This document shows positions 8,729 to 17,378 of a stretch of DNA of 52,236 bases, piece after piece. The notes beneath the pieces are model-generated. The model had not been told where the DNA came from, did no database searches, and saw nothing but the letters and a program-made list of their open reading frames with translations. This stretch comes from Bacillota bacterium (GTDB lineage: Bacteria; Bacillota; Clostridia; Oscillospirales; Oscillospiraceae), in assembly GCA_029098045.1 (NCBI GenBank), contig JAQXNO010000113.1, positions 1-52,236 of the forward strand, read 5' to 3'. The translations under genes were made by a program, and so were the position numbers. Every line of letters starts with the position of its first letter. Within the stretch, counting starts at the first letter, position 1.

Positions 8729-8908
8729 AATGCTGCAGTACATCCTTTCTGTCTTTCTGTCTGCTTACCTGATATTCTAACCAAAAAACAGAACGAACGC
8801 AAGGGCAGAGCAAAAAGTTTCCAGCTTGTTCAAAAAAATCCCCCTTTCCTCTAGCTTTTTTTTCTTCGGATGGTATAATGGAGAAAAACAAATGAATCGG
8901 AGGAATTC

Positions 8909-9859
8909 ATGATGAAATACGGTTTTGGTGTTGATCTGGGCGGTACCACCGTCAAAATCGCCTATTTTGATGAGCAGGGCACCATGCTGACCAAATGGGA
9001 AATCCCCACGGTGACCGCGGACGGCGGCAAGCAGATACTGCCCGATATTGCGGCAGCCATCCGCCAGTTTGTGGAGCAGAAGACCATCGACCCGGCTGAC
9101 GTGATCGGTGTGGGCATCGGTGTTCCGGGACCTGTCAATTCCAGGGGCGTCGTGAACAAGTGTGTCAATCTGGGCTGGGGCGTGTTCAACATCGCACAGG
9201 AGCTGAGCAGGCTGACAGGCTTCCCGGTCAAGGCCGGCAATGATGCCAATGTTGCCGCGCTGGGCGAATTCTGGAAGGGCGGCGGCAAGGGCTGCGACAA
9301 TATGATTTTTGTGACGCTGGGTACGGGTGTGGGCGGCGGCATGGTGGTGGAGGGAAATCTTCTGCACGGCGCTCACGGCGCCGGCGGCGAGATCGGCCAT
9401 CTGGTGCTGAACCGGGATGAAACCGAAACCTGCGGCTGCGGCAAGAAAGGCTGTGTGGAGCAATACTGCTCTGCCAACGGCATTGTTCGGCTGGGCAGGA
9501 AGGCACTGGAAAGCTACGAGGGCACCTCCAAGCTCAGCCGTTTTGACCCGCTGACCTGCAAGGATATCTTCGACTGCGGCAAGGCAGGCGACGAGCTGGC
9601 ACTGCAAGTGCTGGATCAGTACTACGCCTATCTGGGCGAATTCCTTGGCAATATCTGTAATGTGGTTGACCCCGACGCGGTGGTTCTGGGCGGCGGTGTC
9701 AGCAAGGCTGGACAGGTGCTGCTGGACGGCACCCGTCCCTATTTCGACAAGGCGGTCTTCCATGCCGCCCGGGGTGCCCGCTTTGAGCTGGCGTCTCTGG
9801 GCAACGATGCCGGTGCCTACGGCGCGTTCAAGCTGGCGCTGGATGCTTTCGGCAAGTGA
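8909..9859 (+). CDS. glcK: ROK family glucokinase
   Basis: GVDLGGT, NDANVAALGE, GEIGH, CGCGKKGCVE. GGAGG RBS and extended -10 TGGTATAAT at 8871-8879. Confidence 0.9.
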   Translation: MMKYGFGVDLGGTTVKIAYFDEQGTMLTKWEIPTVTADGGKQILPDIAAAIRQFVEQKTIDPADVIGVGIGVPGPVNSRGVVNKCVNLGWGVFNIAQELSRLTGFPVKAGNDANVAALGEFWKGGGKGCDNMIFVTLGTGVGGGMVVEGNLLHGAHGAGGEIGHLVLNRDETETCGCGKKGCVEQYCSANGIVRLGRKALESYEGTSKLSRFDPLTCKDIFDCGKAGDELALQVLDQYYAYLGEFLGNICNVVDPDAVVLGGGVSKAGQVLLDGTRPYFDKAVFHAARGARFELASLGNDAGAYGAFKLALDAFGK

Positions 9860-9877
9860 GCTTCCCCCTGTACATCC

Positions 9878-9906
9878 CGGCGGGTGCCTGCGGGCACCCG
9901 CCGTTT
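9878..9906 (+). terminator. Intrinsic terminator after glucokinase
   Basis: CGGCGGGTGCC-N4-GGCACCCGCCG-TTT. Confidence 0.7.
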
Positions 9907-9987
9907 GTAATGAAAAGAAAAATTTAAAGAAATCAAAAGGACTTCTTTTGCAAAATTGTGATAGAATGGGTGAAAAGGAGGGATTGG

Positions 9988-10770
9988 ATGAAAACAATCA
10001 AACGAATATTGCTGCTGGTGATTTTGCTGGCGGTTGCCTATGTGGCCGTGCAGAAGCTGCCGCTGTACTGGCGGGAGATTTCCTTCTACTGGGAGGACAG
10101 AACCGAAACGGAGCTGAAGGTGAAAAAGTACGCGGAGGAAATGGGAATTTCCTACTGGGAGTATCCCGAAAGCCTGATTGATCTGTTGGAGCGCAATCCC
10201 GAGACCGAGGACTTTGTGCTGCAGTATCCCTTCCGGGACACGCAGGAGTTGGAGGCTTTTTCCTATGACCTGTCTGACGGTGTGCCGCTGATGATGCAGT
10301 GGGACAAGCGGTGGGGCTATCTGAACTACGGCAGCGATGTGGTGGGCATCACCGGCTGCGGCCCCCTCTGCCTTTCCATGGCAGGCTACTATGTCACCGG
10401 CGGCGATGCGGCGTTCCATCCTGCCAGAATGGTGGAATTTGCGGAAAAGAACGGGTATTACTCCCGGGGCAACGGTTCCTCCTGGACGCTGATCAGCGAA
10501 GGCGGCGTGAAGCTGGGGCTGGATGTGACGGAGATCCCTCTGGTCAAGAAGCGGATCATGGACAATCTGGAAGTGGACAACCCCATCATCTGCTCCATGC
10601 GTGCCGGTGATTTTACCACTTCCGGTCATTACATTGTGATGGTTGGCTGTGAGGACGGACTGATCCGCATCAATGACCCCAACAGCAGGGAGAATTCCGA
10701 AAAGCTCTGGAGCTACGAACAGATAGAGGGACAGATCCGAAATCTCTGGGTCATCCGGGATATTGGATGA
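9988..10770 (+). CDS. Membrane-anchored peptidase C39-like family protein
   Basis: N-terminal TM helix, QWDKRWG, GCGP (Cys), GHYIV (His), INDP (Asp). AAGGAGG RBS. Confidence 0.85.
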   Translation: MKTIKRILLLVILLAVAYVAVQKLPLYWREISFYWEDRTETELKVKKYAEEMGISYWEYPESLIDLLERNPETEDFVLQYPFRDTQELEAFSYDLSDGVPLMMQWDKRWGYLNYGSDVVGITGCGPLCLSMAGYYVTGGDAAFHPARMVEFAEKNGYYSRGNGSSWTLISEGGVKLGLDVTEIPLVKKRIMDNLEVDNPIICSMRAGDFTTSGHYIVMVGCEDGLIRINDPNSRENSEKLWSYEQIEGQIRNLWVIRDIG

Positions 10771-10810
10771 GCCCCCCGGTGGGATTAGATAGGTGTTCAT
10801 AAAACAGCTG

Positions 10811-10847
10811 ATCCTCCCTATGATGATTGGTCATAGGGAGGATTTTT
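10811..10847 (+). terminator. Intrinsic terminator after the C39 gene
   Basis: ATCCTCCCTATGA-N7-TCATAGGGAGGAT-TTTT. Confidence 0.75.
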
Positions 10848-10859
10848 CCATTTCGCAAT

Positions 10860-10920
10860 GGCGCGGCAGCGCCCTTGGCTCCCCCTCTGGGGGAGCTGTC
10901 ACCGAAGGTGACTGAGAGGG
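10860..10920. repeat. Third copy of the REP-like double-hairpin unit
   Basis: Reverse complement of 81-141 with two differences that are compensatory within one stem. Confidence 0.85.
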
Positions 10921-10986
10921 CTTCGGGCGCTGGTGCTGCGCAGATTGTGCAGTACACCGAAAGGTGTATAGCGATGCGCCCTTTAT

Positions 10987-11344
10987 CAGTTCGACAAATT
11001 GGTATTTACCTGTTGCCTGGTTTCATTAAGGAAAAGCTGTTCAGCGCGATTGAAATCAGTGTAAGTCCCCAAAGTCCTCTCGACATCGCGGGAACCACAT
11101 CCTCCAAAGCGCCCCAATCTTCATGCAAAACCCATATGGCACCTTGACTATAAAACGCACACAAGGTTAACGCCGTCAAAGAAAGGCTGATAAAGCGAAA
11201 CCATTTTGCATCTTTGCCTTTCACAGTCCAAATGATGTTAAGAATTGCCGCAATAATTGCCCCCATTCCAAAGACGAACCACAAAAAACCAAATATGTAA
11301 AGCATCTGATTATCTCCTTTGTTAAGTTCAAGTTTTTCGCCCTG
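10987..11344. mobile_element. Putative single-gene cassette bounded by imperfect 22-bp inverted repeats
   Basis: Left end read on the minus strand TAAATACCAATTTGTCGAACTG (11008-10987). Right end TAAGTTCAAGTTTTTCGCCCTG (11323-11344), 15/22 identical. The enclosed gene is ~44% GC by hand count. Confidence 0.5.
11006..11305 (-). CDS. Small hypothetical membrane protein (about 3 TM helices), low GC
   Basis: AAAGGAG RBS, three hydrophobic segments, EDWGAL loop. Confidence 0.8.
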   Translation of the reverse strand: MLYIFGFLWFVFGMGAIIAAILNIIWTVKGKDAKWFRFISLSLTALTLCAFYSQGAIWVLHEDWGALEDVVPAMSRGLWGLTLISIALNSFSLMKPGNR

Positions 11345-11401
11345 TTTTTCATATCATACGGCTTCCATTTTATGAAGGTACGCCATTCCACCGGGGGATT
11401 T

Positions 11402-12691
11402 TTATGCCTTGATGCGTGCTTTGTTTAACTGATCTGCCTTGCAGAAGAGCACAAAGCCGATGCAGAACAGAATAATCAAACTGCCCACAGCCAGATTCTC
11501 ATTCTGCAGCTGAATGCCGAAGATGTTGAGTTTAACGTCTGCCGTGATCTGGCTGACAAGGGCAACCAGAGTGGTGCCGAGGAAGGCGGCGCCTTTGCCG
11601 CAGATGTCCATCAGGCCGTAGAACTCACCGCTGCGTTCCGGGTTGATGATCTTGCCCAGATAGCTGCGTGCCAGCGCCTGAATGCCGCCCTGGAACATAC
11701 CGACCAGCACTGCCAGCAGCCAGAACTGCCACAGGGTCACCAGGAACAGGGCAAAGGTGACAATGCAGGTGTAACAGATAATGCAGATTTTGATCAGCAG
11801 GCCGGTGTCATATCTGGCAGACAGGATACCAAAGATGATGGCACAGGGGAATGCCACGATCTGCGTCAGCAGCAGCGCCAGCAGCAGACCCGTGGAATCC
11901 AGACCCAGTGCGCTGCCGTAGGCGGTGGCCATGTCGATGATGGTGTAAACGCCGTTAATGAAGAAGAAGAAGGAGATCAGATACACAAACACGTGCTTTT
12001 CCTTCTTAGCCTCCCGGAAGGTGCGGGCCAGCTGCTTGAAGGAGTCGGACAGAGGCGCGCCCTTGCCGTCAACAAAGGCGGTCTGCTTGTAGCTGCGCAG
12101 CAGGGGCAGGGTGAAGAGCATCCACCATGCGGCGGTGATCAGAAACGCCCACACCATGGCGCCGCCCATGGTCAGACCAAAGCTGTCGCTGAACAGAACC
12201 AGCACCAGACACAGGACAAAGGGAATGACGGAACCGATGTAGCCGTAGGCATAACCCATGGAAGAAACATTGTCCATCCGCTTGCCGGTGGTGATTTCCG
12301 GAAGCATGGAATCGTAGAACACCAGACTGGAATGAAAGCCCACCTTTGCGAAAATGAAAATGCCCAGGAACCACAGCCAGTGGGTGGTCACACCCAAGCA
12401 ACCGCAGGCGATACAGCCCAAAAGAACGGTGAGCAGGAAGATGGGCTTCTTGAATTTCCGGTCGGACAGCGTACCGCAGATGGGGGCGATGATGGCAACC
12501 AGAATTGTGGAAATAGAGCCTGCGTAACCCCAGTAGCTCAGGTACAAATTCTCGTCGACGCCGGCAGAACCGGCCAGAGAATTGAAGTAGATGGGGATCA
12601 GGGTGGACACCAGCAGGGTGAAGGCGGAATTGCCGATGTCGTAGAGGATCCAGTTGCGCTCCAGTGCCGTGAGTTTGAATTTTTCTTTCAT
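11402..12691 (-). CDS. MFS transporter, UMF1/ATG22-like
   Basis: WILYDIGNSAF, YDSMLPEI, SSMGYAYGYIG, QALARSY. About 12 TM segments. Confidence 0.88.
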   Translation of the reverse strand: MKEKFKLTALERNWILYDIGNSAFTLLVSTLIPIYFNSLAGSAGVDENLYLSYWGYAGSISTILVAIIAPICGTLSDRKFKKPIFLLTVLLGCIACGCLGVTTHWLWFLGIFIFAKVGFHSSLVFYDSMLPEITTGKRMDNVSSMGYAYGYIGSVIPFVLCLVLVLFSDSFGLTMGGAMVWAFLITAAWWMLFTLPLLRSYKQTAFVDGKGAPLSDSFKQLARTFREAKKEKHVFVYLISFFFFINGVYTIIDMATAYGSALGLDSTGLLLALLLTQIVAFPCAIIFGILSARYDTGLLIKICIICYTCIVTFALFLVTLWQFWLLAVLVGMFQGGIQALARSYLGKIINPERSGEFYGLMDICGKGAAFLGTTLVALVSQITADVKLNIFGIQLQNENLAVGSLIILFCIGFVLFCKADQLNKARIKA

Positions 12692-12710
12692 GGGAAGATT
12701 CTCTCTTTCT

Positions 12711-13502
12711 TTAACCTCGGTTGAAATTTACATGAAAAGCATCCCCTAGTGGCGTGCCGCTGGCCATGTGGGAGCTGAGCTGTTCCAGATGTACGGGGTA
12801 TTTCCGCAGCGCCTGCTGATACAGCTCCAGCAGTTTTTCGTCCAGATGGCTCCACTTGGGATGGGGGCCGATGGTCATCACCTTGGCGGCAGCGTTGCCG
12901 CCGGCAAGCCTTGTGACACCCTCCACCATACCGCGGCCGATTCTGGTGGGAAGCGCCAGCAGACGATGGGACAGCGCCATATTTCGGACGCACCGGGTCA
13001 TGTCAGCGGGGGATACATCCGGATAGAATCCGCAGACGGTGGCAATGTCACACTGCCGCAGCTTCATGCTGTGGCTGGTACTGGCCTCGTGGGGCTTTTT
13101 GCAGCCGTCCAGCGCAAGCAGATAACGGTCAAATTCCGTCTCCAGCTCCACATGAGCCGTATCCATGTCCTCCGTCACACGATAGACAAAGGGATGACAG
13201 GCGGAATCCAGACAGTAGTGAGCCAAAAGACCATGCAGATAGGAAAATGCAGGCTCTGACGCGCTCCGATGCAGATGGCGGCAGGCATTGGTGAAGAACT
13301 CCCGGCCGCTTTTTTCGTGATAGGCTGTGCCCAGTCTGGAAAGGGGACCGGTTTTGAACAAACTGTGGAAAAACAGGAAATCCGGGCCTTGAAGACCCTC
13401 ATCGAACAGCGCCCGATTGCGCAGGATTGGTTCCCGGATATCGGCCGGCATCAAATCAAGCACCTGGGAGCCAAACCGATAATGCGCGTAGCTGGAAGGC
13501 AT
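12711..13502 (-). CDS. Zinc-dependent phospholipase C family protein (no signal peptide)
   Basis: MPSSYAH, GLQGPDFLFF, HYCLDSACHPFV and HVELETEFD metal-ligand pattern. Confidence 0.8.
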   Translation of the reverse strand: MPSSYAHYRFGSQVLDLMPADIREPILRNRALFDEGLQGPDFLFFHSLFKTGPLSRLGTAYHEKSGREFFTNACRHLHRSASEPAFSYLHGLLAHYCLDSACHPFVYRVTEDMDTAHVELETEFDRYLLALDGCKKPHEASTSHSMKLRQCDIATVCGFYPDVSPADMTRCVRNMALSHRLLALPTRIGRGMVEGVTRLAGGNAAAKVMTIGPHPKWSHLDEKLLELYQQALRKYPVHLEQLSSHMASGTPLGDAFHVNFNRG

Positions 13503-13611
13503 AGCGCCACCTCCTCATGTGTGATGATTCCATTTTACACAAGTGCGCTGCCGGTTTCCAGTCATTTCCAGAAAAGTTCACACAATGTTTGCAGAACGCA
13601 GGATTCGGAGG

Positions 13612-14040
13612 TCAATGCTCTGCGATCCACCCGGAGGCTTTTTCCTTCATCTGGGAAAGCACCCGCTCCAGAACCGCCCGCTCTTCTTCGCTGACATCAG
13701 CGGTCAGACAGGCTTCCCACCGGCTTTGAATGGATTTCAAAAGCGGAAGCAGCTCCAGTGTCTTCTGTGTCGGATACAGCTGCAGGATGCGCTTGTCCTG
13801 CTCAAAGGGTGTTCTGGTAATGAAGCCGTCCTCCTCCAGAATGGCCGCCTGCCGCGCCACATTGCTTTTGTTGATGCAGATGATGGAAGCAAGCTTGTCC
13901 TGCGAGATGCCGGGATTGGAACAGATCTCCAGCAGATAGCTGGCATGACAGGCTTTGAGACCCATGGGCGCCAGCGCTTCCGTGCGGTACTGGGCACCGC
14001 AGCGGGCAATCTCGGTAATATCGCGGATGATTTGAGACAT
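13612..14040 (-). CDS. MarR family transcriptional regulator
   Basis: PGISQDKLA..INKSNVARQAAILEEDGFITR..DKR..LYPT winged HTH. CAGGAGG RBS. Confidence 0.9.
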   Translation of the reverse strand: MSQIIRDITEIARCGAQYRTEALAPMGLKACHASYLLEICSNPGISQDKLASIICINKSNVARQAAILEEDGFITRTPFEQDKRILQLYPTQKTLELLPLLKSIQSRWEACLTADVSEEERAVLERVLSQMKEKASGWIAEH

Positions 14041-14216
14041 GGGACAGCCTCCTGAAGCAAAAGCGTTACATCAAGTTTATCATGCGGATATAAAAAAGTA
14101 AAGTCCCGTATCATGCCTGCCGGGCACGGAACACCAAATCCGTGCGCTTTTGCGCGGCAGACTTCGTATAAAACGCAATGCTTCGGAAAAAATAACTGCG
14201 AAATGGGGGAAATGCA

Positions 14217-14327
14217 ATGAAAGAAGAGGAAAAGAAGCCCATTACATGGGAGGCCTCAGATCCGAAGGTGCCCATTGTGCAATCCGGTCATCTGGAAAAC
14301 GAGCGGCGCAACGACGCGGCGCTTTGA
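14217..14327 (+). CDS. Putative 36-aa small protein (MKEEEKKPITWEASDPKVPIVQSGHLENERRNDAAL)
   Basis: GGGGGA RBS 6 nt upstream of the ATG, a sigma-F/G-like promoter just upstream, and a bidirectional terminator downstream. Confidence 0.4.
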   Translation: MKEEEKKPITWEASDPKVPIVQSGHLENERRNDAAL

Positions 14328-14376
14328 AAACCCGGCGCGGCAGCCATGCCGGGCGGCGGAACGGGCATCCGGGTGT

Positions 14377-14416
14377 AAAAAACAGGGCAGACCGCAGTGG
14401 TCTGCCCTGTTTTTTT
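14377..14416. terminator. Bidirectional intrinsic terminator
   Basis: AAAAAA-CAGGGCAGACC-GCAGT-GGTCTGCCCTG-TTTTTTT. Confidence 0.9.
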
Positions 14417-14424
14417 AGTTGCAA

Positions 14425-14703
14425 TTAGCCGTTGGCACGCATCTGAGCGAAGCACTCGCTGCAGAAAACGGGACGATCGGACTTGGGCTGGAAGGGAACC
14501 TTAGCCTCGCCGCCGCAACGTGCGCAGGTAGCGGTGAAGAACTCACGGGGGCCACGGGTAGCGTTCTTGCGGGCGTCACGGCAAGCCTTGCAGCGCTGGG
14601 GCTCGTTCTGGAAGCCGCGCTCTGCGTAGAACTCCTGCTCACCGGCGGTGAACACGAACTCGTTGCCGCACTCTTTGCAAACTAACTTCTTGTCTTCGTA
14701 CAT
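14425..14703 (-). CDS. Zinc-ribbon protein (zf-trcl plus CxxC-x17-CxxC domains)
   Basis: MYEDKKLVCKECG..FTAGEQEFY..RCKAC and CARCG..VPFQP..RPVFCSEC. GAGAGG RBS. Confidence 0.9.
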   Translation of the reverse strand: MYEDKKLVCKECGNEFVFTAGEQEFYAERGFQNEPQRCKACRDARKNATRGPREFFTATCARCGGEAKVPFQPKSDRPVFCSECFAQMRANG

Positions 14704-14802
14704 TGGAATTACCTCTCTTCGGTTTGTTGCCCCGTGAAAACCCCAAAAATGTTGGAAATAACGCGGAGTCATATATATATGGCGTACTCCGCCACAAGTC
14801 GG

Positions 14803-14831
14803 ATTATACACAAATGGAACAAAAATGTCAA
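14803..14831 (-). promoter_or_regulatory. Consensus sigma-A promoter of the zinc-ribbon gene
   Basis: TTGACA (14831-14826)-N17-TATAAT (14808-14803). Confidence 0.85.
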
Positions 14832-14903
14832 TCCTCTTTGTGGATTTTTTTGGGAATATTTTATTTTGGTAAGACAAATCACACACAGACCCGACGAAAC
14901 GCA

Positions 14904-15941
14904 TCAAATGGAGAACTGGGTCTGACCGTCATAGGGAATGTGCAGATGCTCGTAGGCAAGTCCTGTGACACAGCGCCCCCGGGGGGTACGGGTCAAAAAG
15001 CCCAGCTGCATCAGATAGGGCTCGTACACATCCTCCAGAGTCACCGCCTCCTCGCCGATGGTGGCGGCAAGGGTTTCCAGACCGACGGGGCCGCCGCCGT
15101 AGTTCTGAATGATGGCGGTCAGCATCCGGCGGTCGATGTTGTCAAGCCCCAGCGCGTCCACCTCCAGCCGGGATAGGGCAAGGTCAGCGGCTTCCTTGGT
15201 GATGGTGCCGTCGCCCAGAACCATGGCAAAATCCCGGACACGGCGCAGAAACCGGTTGGCAATACGGGGGGTGCCGCGGCTTCGGGAGGCAATCTCCATG
15301 GCACCCTGGGGCTCGATGGGCATCCCAAGAATGGTTGCCGAACGGGTGACGATTTTTGCCAGCTCCTCGTGGGTGTACAGCTCCAGACGCAGATTCACGC
15401 CGAAGCGGTCCCGCAGGGGGGCGGACAATTGACCAGCCCGGGTGGTGGCACCCACAAGGGTGAACTTGGGCAGATCCAGCCGAATGGAATTGGCGCTGGG
15501 GCCCTTGCCCACGATGATGTCAATGGCAAAATCCTCCATGGCCGGGTACAGAATCTCTTCCACCACCCGGTTTAAGCGGTGGATTTCATCGATGAAGAGA
15601 ATGTCACCGGGATTCAGATTGGTCAGAAGTGCCGCCAGATCACCGGGCTTTTCAATGGCGGGGCCGGAGGTGATGCGGATGTTCACGCCCATTTCATTGG
15701 CAATGACACCGGCCAGCGTGGTTTTGCCAAGACCCGGAGGGCCGTAGAGCAGGGTATGATCCAGCGGCTCGTTGCGGCGGCGGGCGGCTTCAATATAAAT
15801 GGACAGATTGCCCTTGGCCTTTTCCTGACCGGTGTAGTCGGAAAGCAGCTTGGGGCGCAGCCCGATTTCCCCCGCATCCTGCGGCGCGAAGGTGGGAGAT
15901 ATGATGGGAGAAGAGATCTCTTCGGAAAACTCAAGGCTCAT
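14904..15941 (-). CDS. ruvB: Holliday junction branch migration helicase RuvB
   Basis: [49 protein letters not shown]. Confidence 0.97.
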   Translation of the reverse strand: MSLEFSEEISSPIISPTFAPQDAGEIGLRPKLLSDYTGQEKAKGNLSIYIEAARRRNEPLDHTLLYGPPGLGKTTLAGVIANEMGVNIRITSGPAIEKPGDLAALLTNLNPGDILFIDEIHRLNRVVEEILYPAMEDFAIDIIVGKGPSANSIRLDLPKFTLVGATTRAGQLSAPLRDRFGVNLRLELYTHEELAKIVTRSATILGMPIEPQGAMEIASRSRGTPRIANRFLRRVRDFAMVLGDGTITKEAADLALSRLEVDALGLDNIDRRMLTAIIQNYGGGPVGLETLAATIGEEAVTLEDVYEPYLMQLGFLTRTPRGRCVTGLAYEHLHIPYDGQTQFSI

Positions 15942-15950
15942 AAGCACACC

Positions 15951-16553
15951 TTACCCTTTCATAACCATGGCCCGGAGGGCATAACGCACCATTTCCTCGG
16001 TGCTTGCAGCCGGGTCAACACCCTTCAGAGCGGTGTTGATCTCGGCAGGGGAGTAGCCCAGCTCCTGCAGGGCAGCCCGGGCCATGGCGGCACTGCTGCC
16101 GGTCTGGACGGGGGCTGCGGCGGGTCCTGCGGTGAAATCCAGCTCCATGGCACCGCCGCCGATTTTGTCCTTCAGCTCCAGAATGATGCGCTGGGCGATC
16201 TTCTTTCCCACGCCCTGGGCAGCGGTGAGCATTTTTTCGTCCCCGGTCATGATTGCCAGTGTGAAGTTCTGGGGGCCACCGGCGGAGAGAATCGCCATGG
16301 CAGCCTTGGGACCCACACCGCTGACGGAGGTCAGAAGCTCATAGCAGCGCTGCTCTTCTTTGGAAATGAAACCGTAGAGGTCGAAGGCGTCCTCCCGGAT
16401 GGATTCAGTCACATAGAGCCGGGCATCCTGATTCAGCTTCAGCTGACCGGCAGTGAAGGCTGTGATGTGGCAGCCGTAGCCCACGCCTGCGCAGTCAATC
16501 ACCGCAAGGCCGGGCTCCAGCACCGTCACAGGCCCGGAAACATAATAGATCAT
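15951..16553 (-). CDS. ruvA: Holliday junction branch migration protein RuvA
   Basis: GVGY, IRED..LYGF, VSGVGPKAA, GVGKKIAQRIILELK, ALQELGY. Confidence 0.96.
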   Translation of the reverse strand: MIYYVSGPVTVLEPGLAVIDCAGVGYGCHITAFTAGQLKLNQDARLYVTESIREDAFDLYGFISKEEQRCYELLTSVSGVGPKAAMAILSAGGPQNFTLAIMTGDEKMLTAAQGVGKKIAQRIILELKDKIGGGAMELDFTAGPAAAPVQTGSSAAMARAALQELGYSPAEINTALKGVDPAASTEEMVRYALRAMVMKG

Positions 16554-17062
16554 ACAAAGCCTCCATTTTTCTGTTGGGCTTGCGCCAGAAGCGAGGTGGA
16601 AGAACGGGCGTGGCACAGGGCGATGGCAATGGCATCGGCCGCATCGTCCGGTTTGGGCATGGAATCCAGATGCAGCAGCCGCCGGGTCATATCCTGCACC
16701 TGATGCTTGGTGGCGCTGCCATAGCCCACCACGGACTGCTTGACCTGCGCCGGCTTGTAGGAAAAAATCGGGATGCCTGCCTGCCGGATGGCCAGCAGAA
16801 TCACACCGCGGCTCTGGGCAACGCCGATGCCGGTGGTGACATTCTGGCCGAAGAACAGCTCTTCTATGGACACCACATCGGGCTGTGTTGCCCTCAGAAG
16901 CTCCACCATGTCGTTATAAATCACTTCCAGCCGCCAGGAAAAATCCGTATTGGCGGGTGTGGTGATGGCACCGCAGCGGACAAGACGGAACTGTCCGCGC
17001 TGGGCATCCACAAGGCCGAAGCCGGTGATGCCGTAACCGGGGTCGATACCGAGAATGCGCAT
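16550..17062 (-). CDS. ruvC: Crossover junction endodeoxyribonuclease RuvC
   Basis: MRILGIDPG, IEELFF, QSRGV, VGYGSATKHQV, DDAADAIAIA. Confidence 0.96.
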   Translation of the reverse strand: MRILGIDPGYGITGFGLVDAQRGQFRLVRCGAITTPANTDFSWRLEVIYNDMVELLRATQPDVVSIEELFFGQNVTTGIGVAQSRGVILLAIRQAGIPIFSYKPAQVKQSVVGYGSATKHQVQDMTRRLLHLDSMPKPDDAADAIAIALCHARSSTSLLAQAQQKNGGFV

Positions 17063-17217
17063 CACAGCCCTCCCCGGAAAATGTTGGAATAAAAAAGAAT
17101 CAAAAACAGAAAGAAAACCACAAGACCGATACGGGCGGCCCAGACCTGCCAGACAGGTCGGGGGGTATAACCGTCCTTGTGGGTCTGTTCGGTTTCCGTC
17201 TTTTGCTGCTCGTCCAT
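17062..17217 (-). CDS. Unannotated 51-aa single-pass membrane protein, first gene of the ruvCAB operon
   Basis: MDEQQKTETEQTHKDGYTPRPVWQVWAARIGLVVFFLFLILFYSNIFRGGL. GAGGTG RBS, and its TGA overlaps the ruvC ATG (TGATG). Confidence 0.75.
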   Translation of the reverse strand: MDEQQKTETEQTHKDGYTPRPVWQVWAARIGLVVFFLFLILFYSNIFRGGL

Positions 17218-17378
17218 GAATATCACCTCTTCTTTTTCTATGATAGCACATTTGTTTTGATTTGACTATTACTTTTTTCGGAAAGTCAATGGGGGGAATC
17301 TGATTCCAGATTCTCTGTTTTTTTACACATGAATTGCGCAGTTTCGGAAATAATACTGGGGAAAAGGCGGTGGAATCA

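Noticed and set aside
14419-14685. 88-aa hydrophobic + strand ORF
   Set aside because: Antisense of the zinc-ribbon gene, which has the promoter, RBS and Cys motifs.
17218-17300. LexA (SOS) box upstream of ruvCAB
   Set aside because: No GAAC-N4-GTTC match found.
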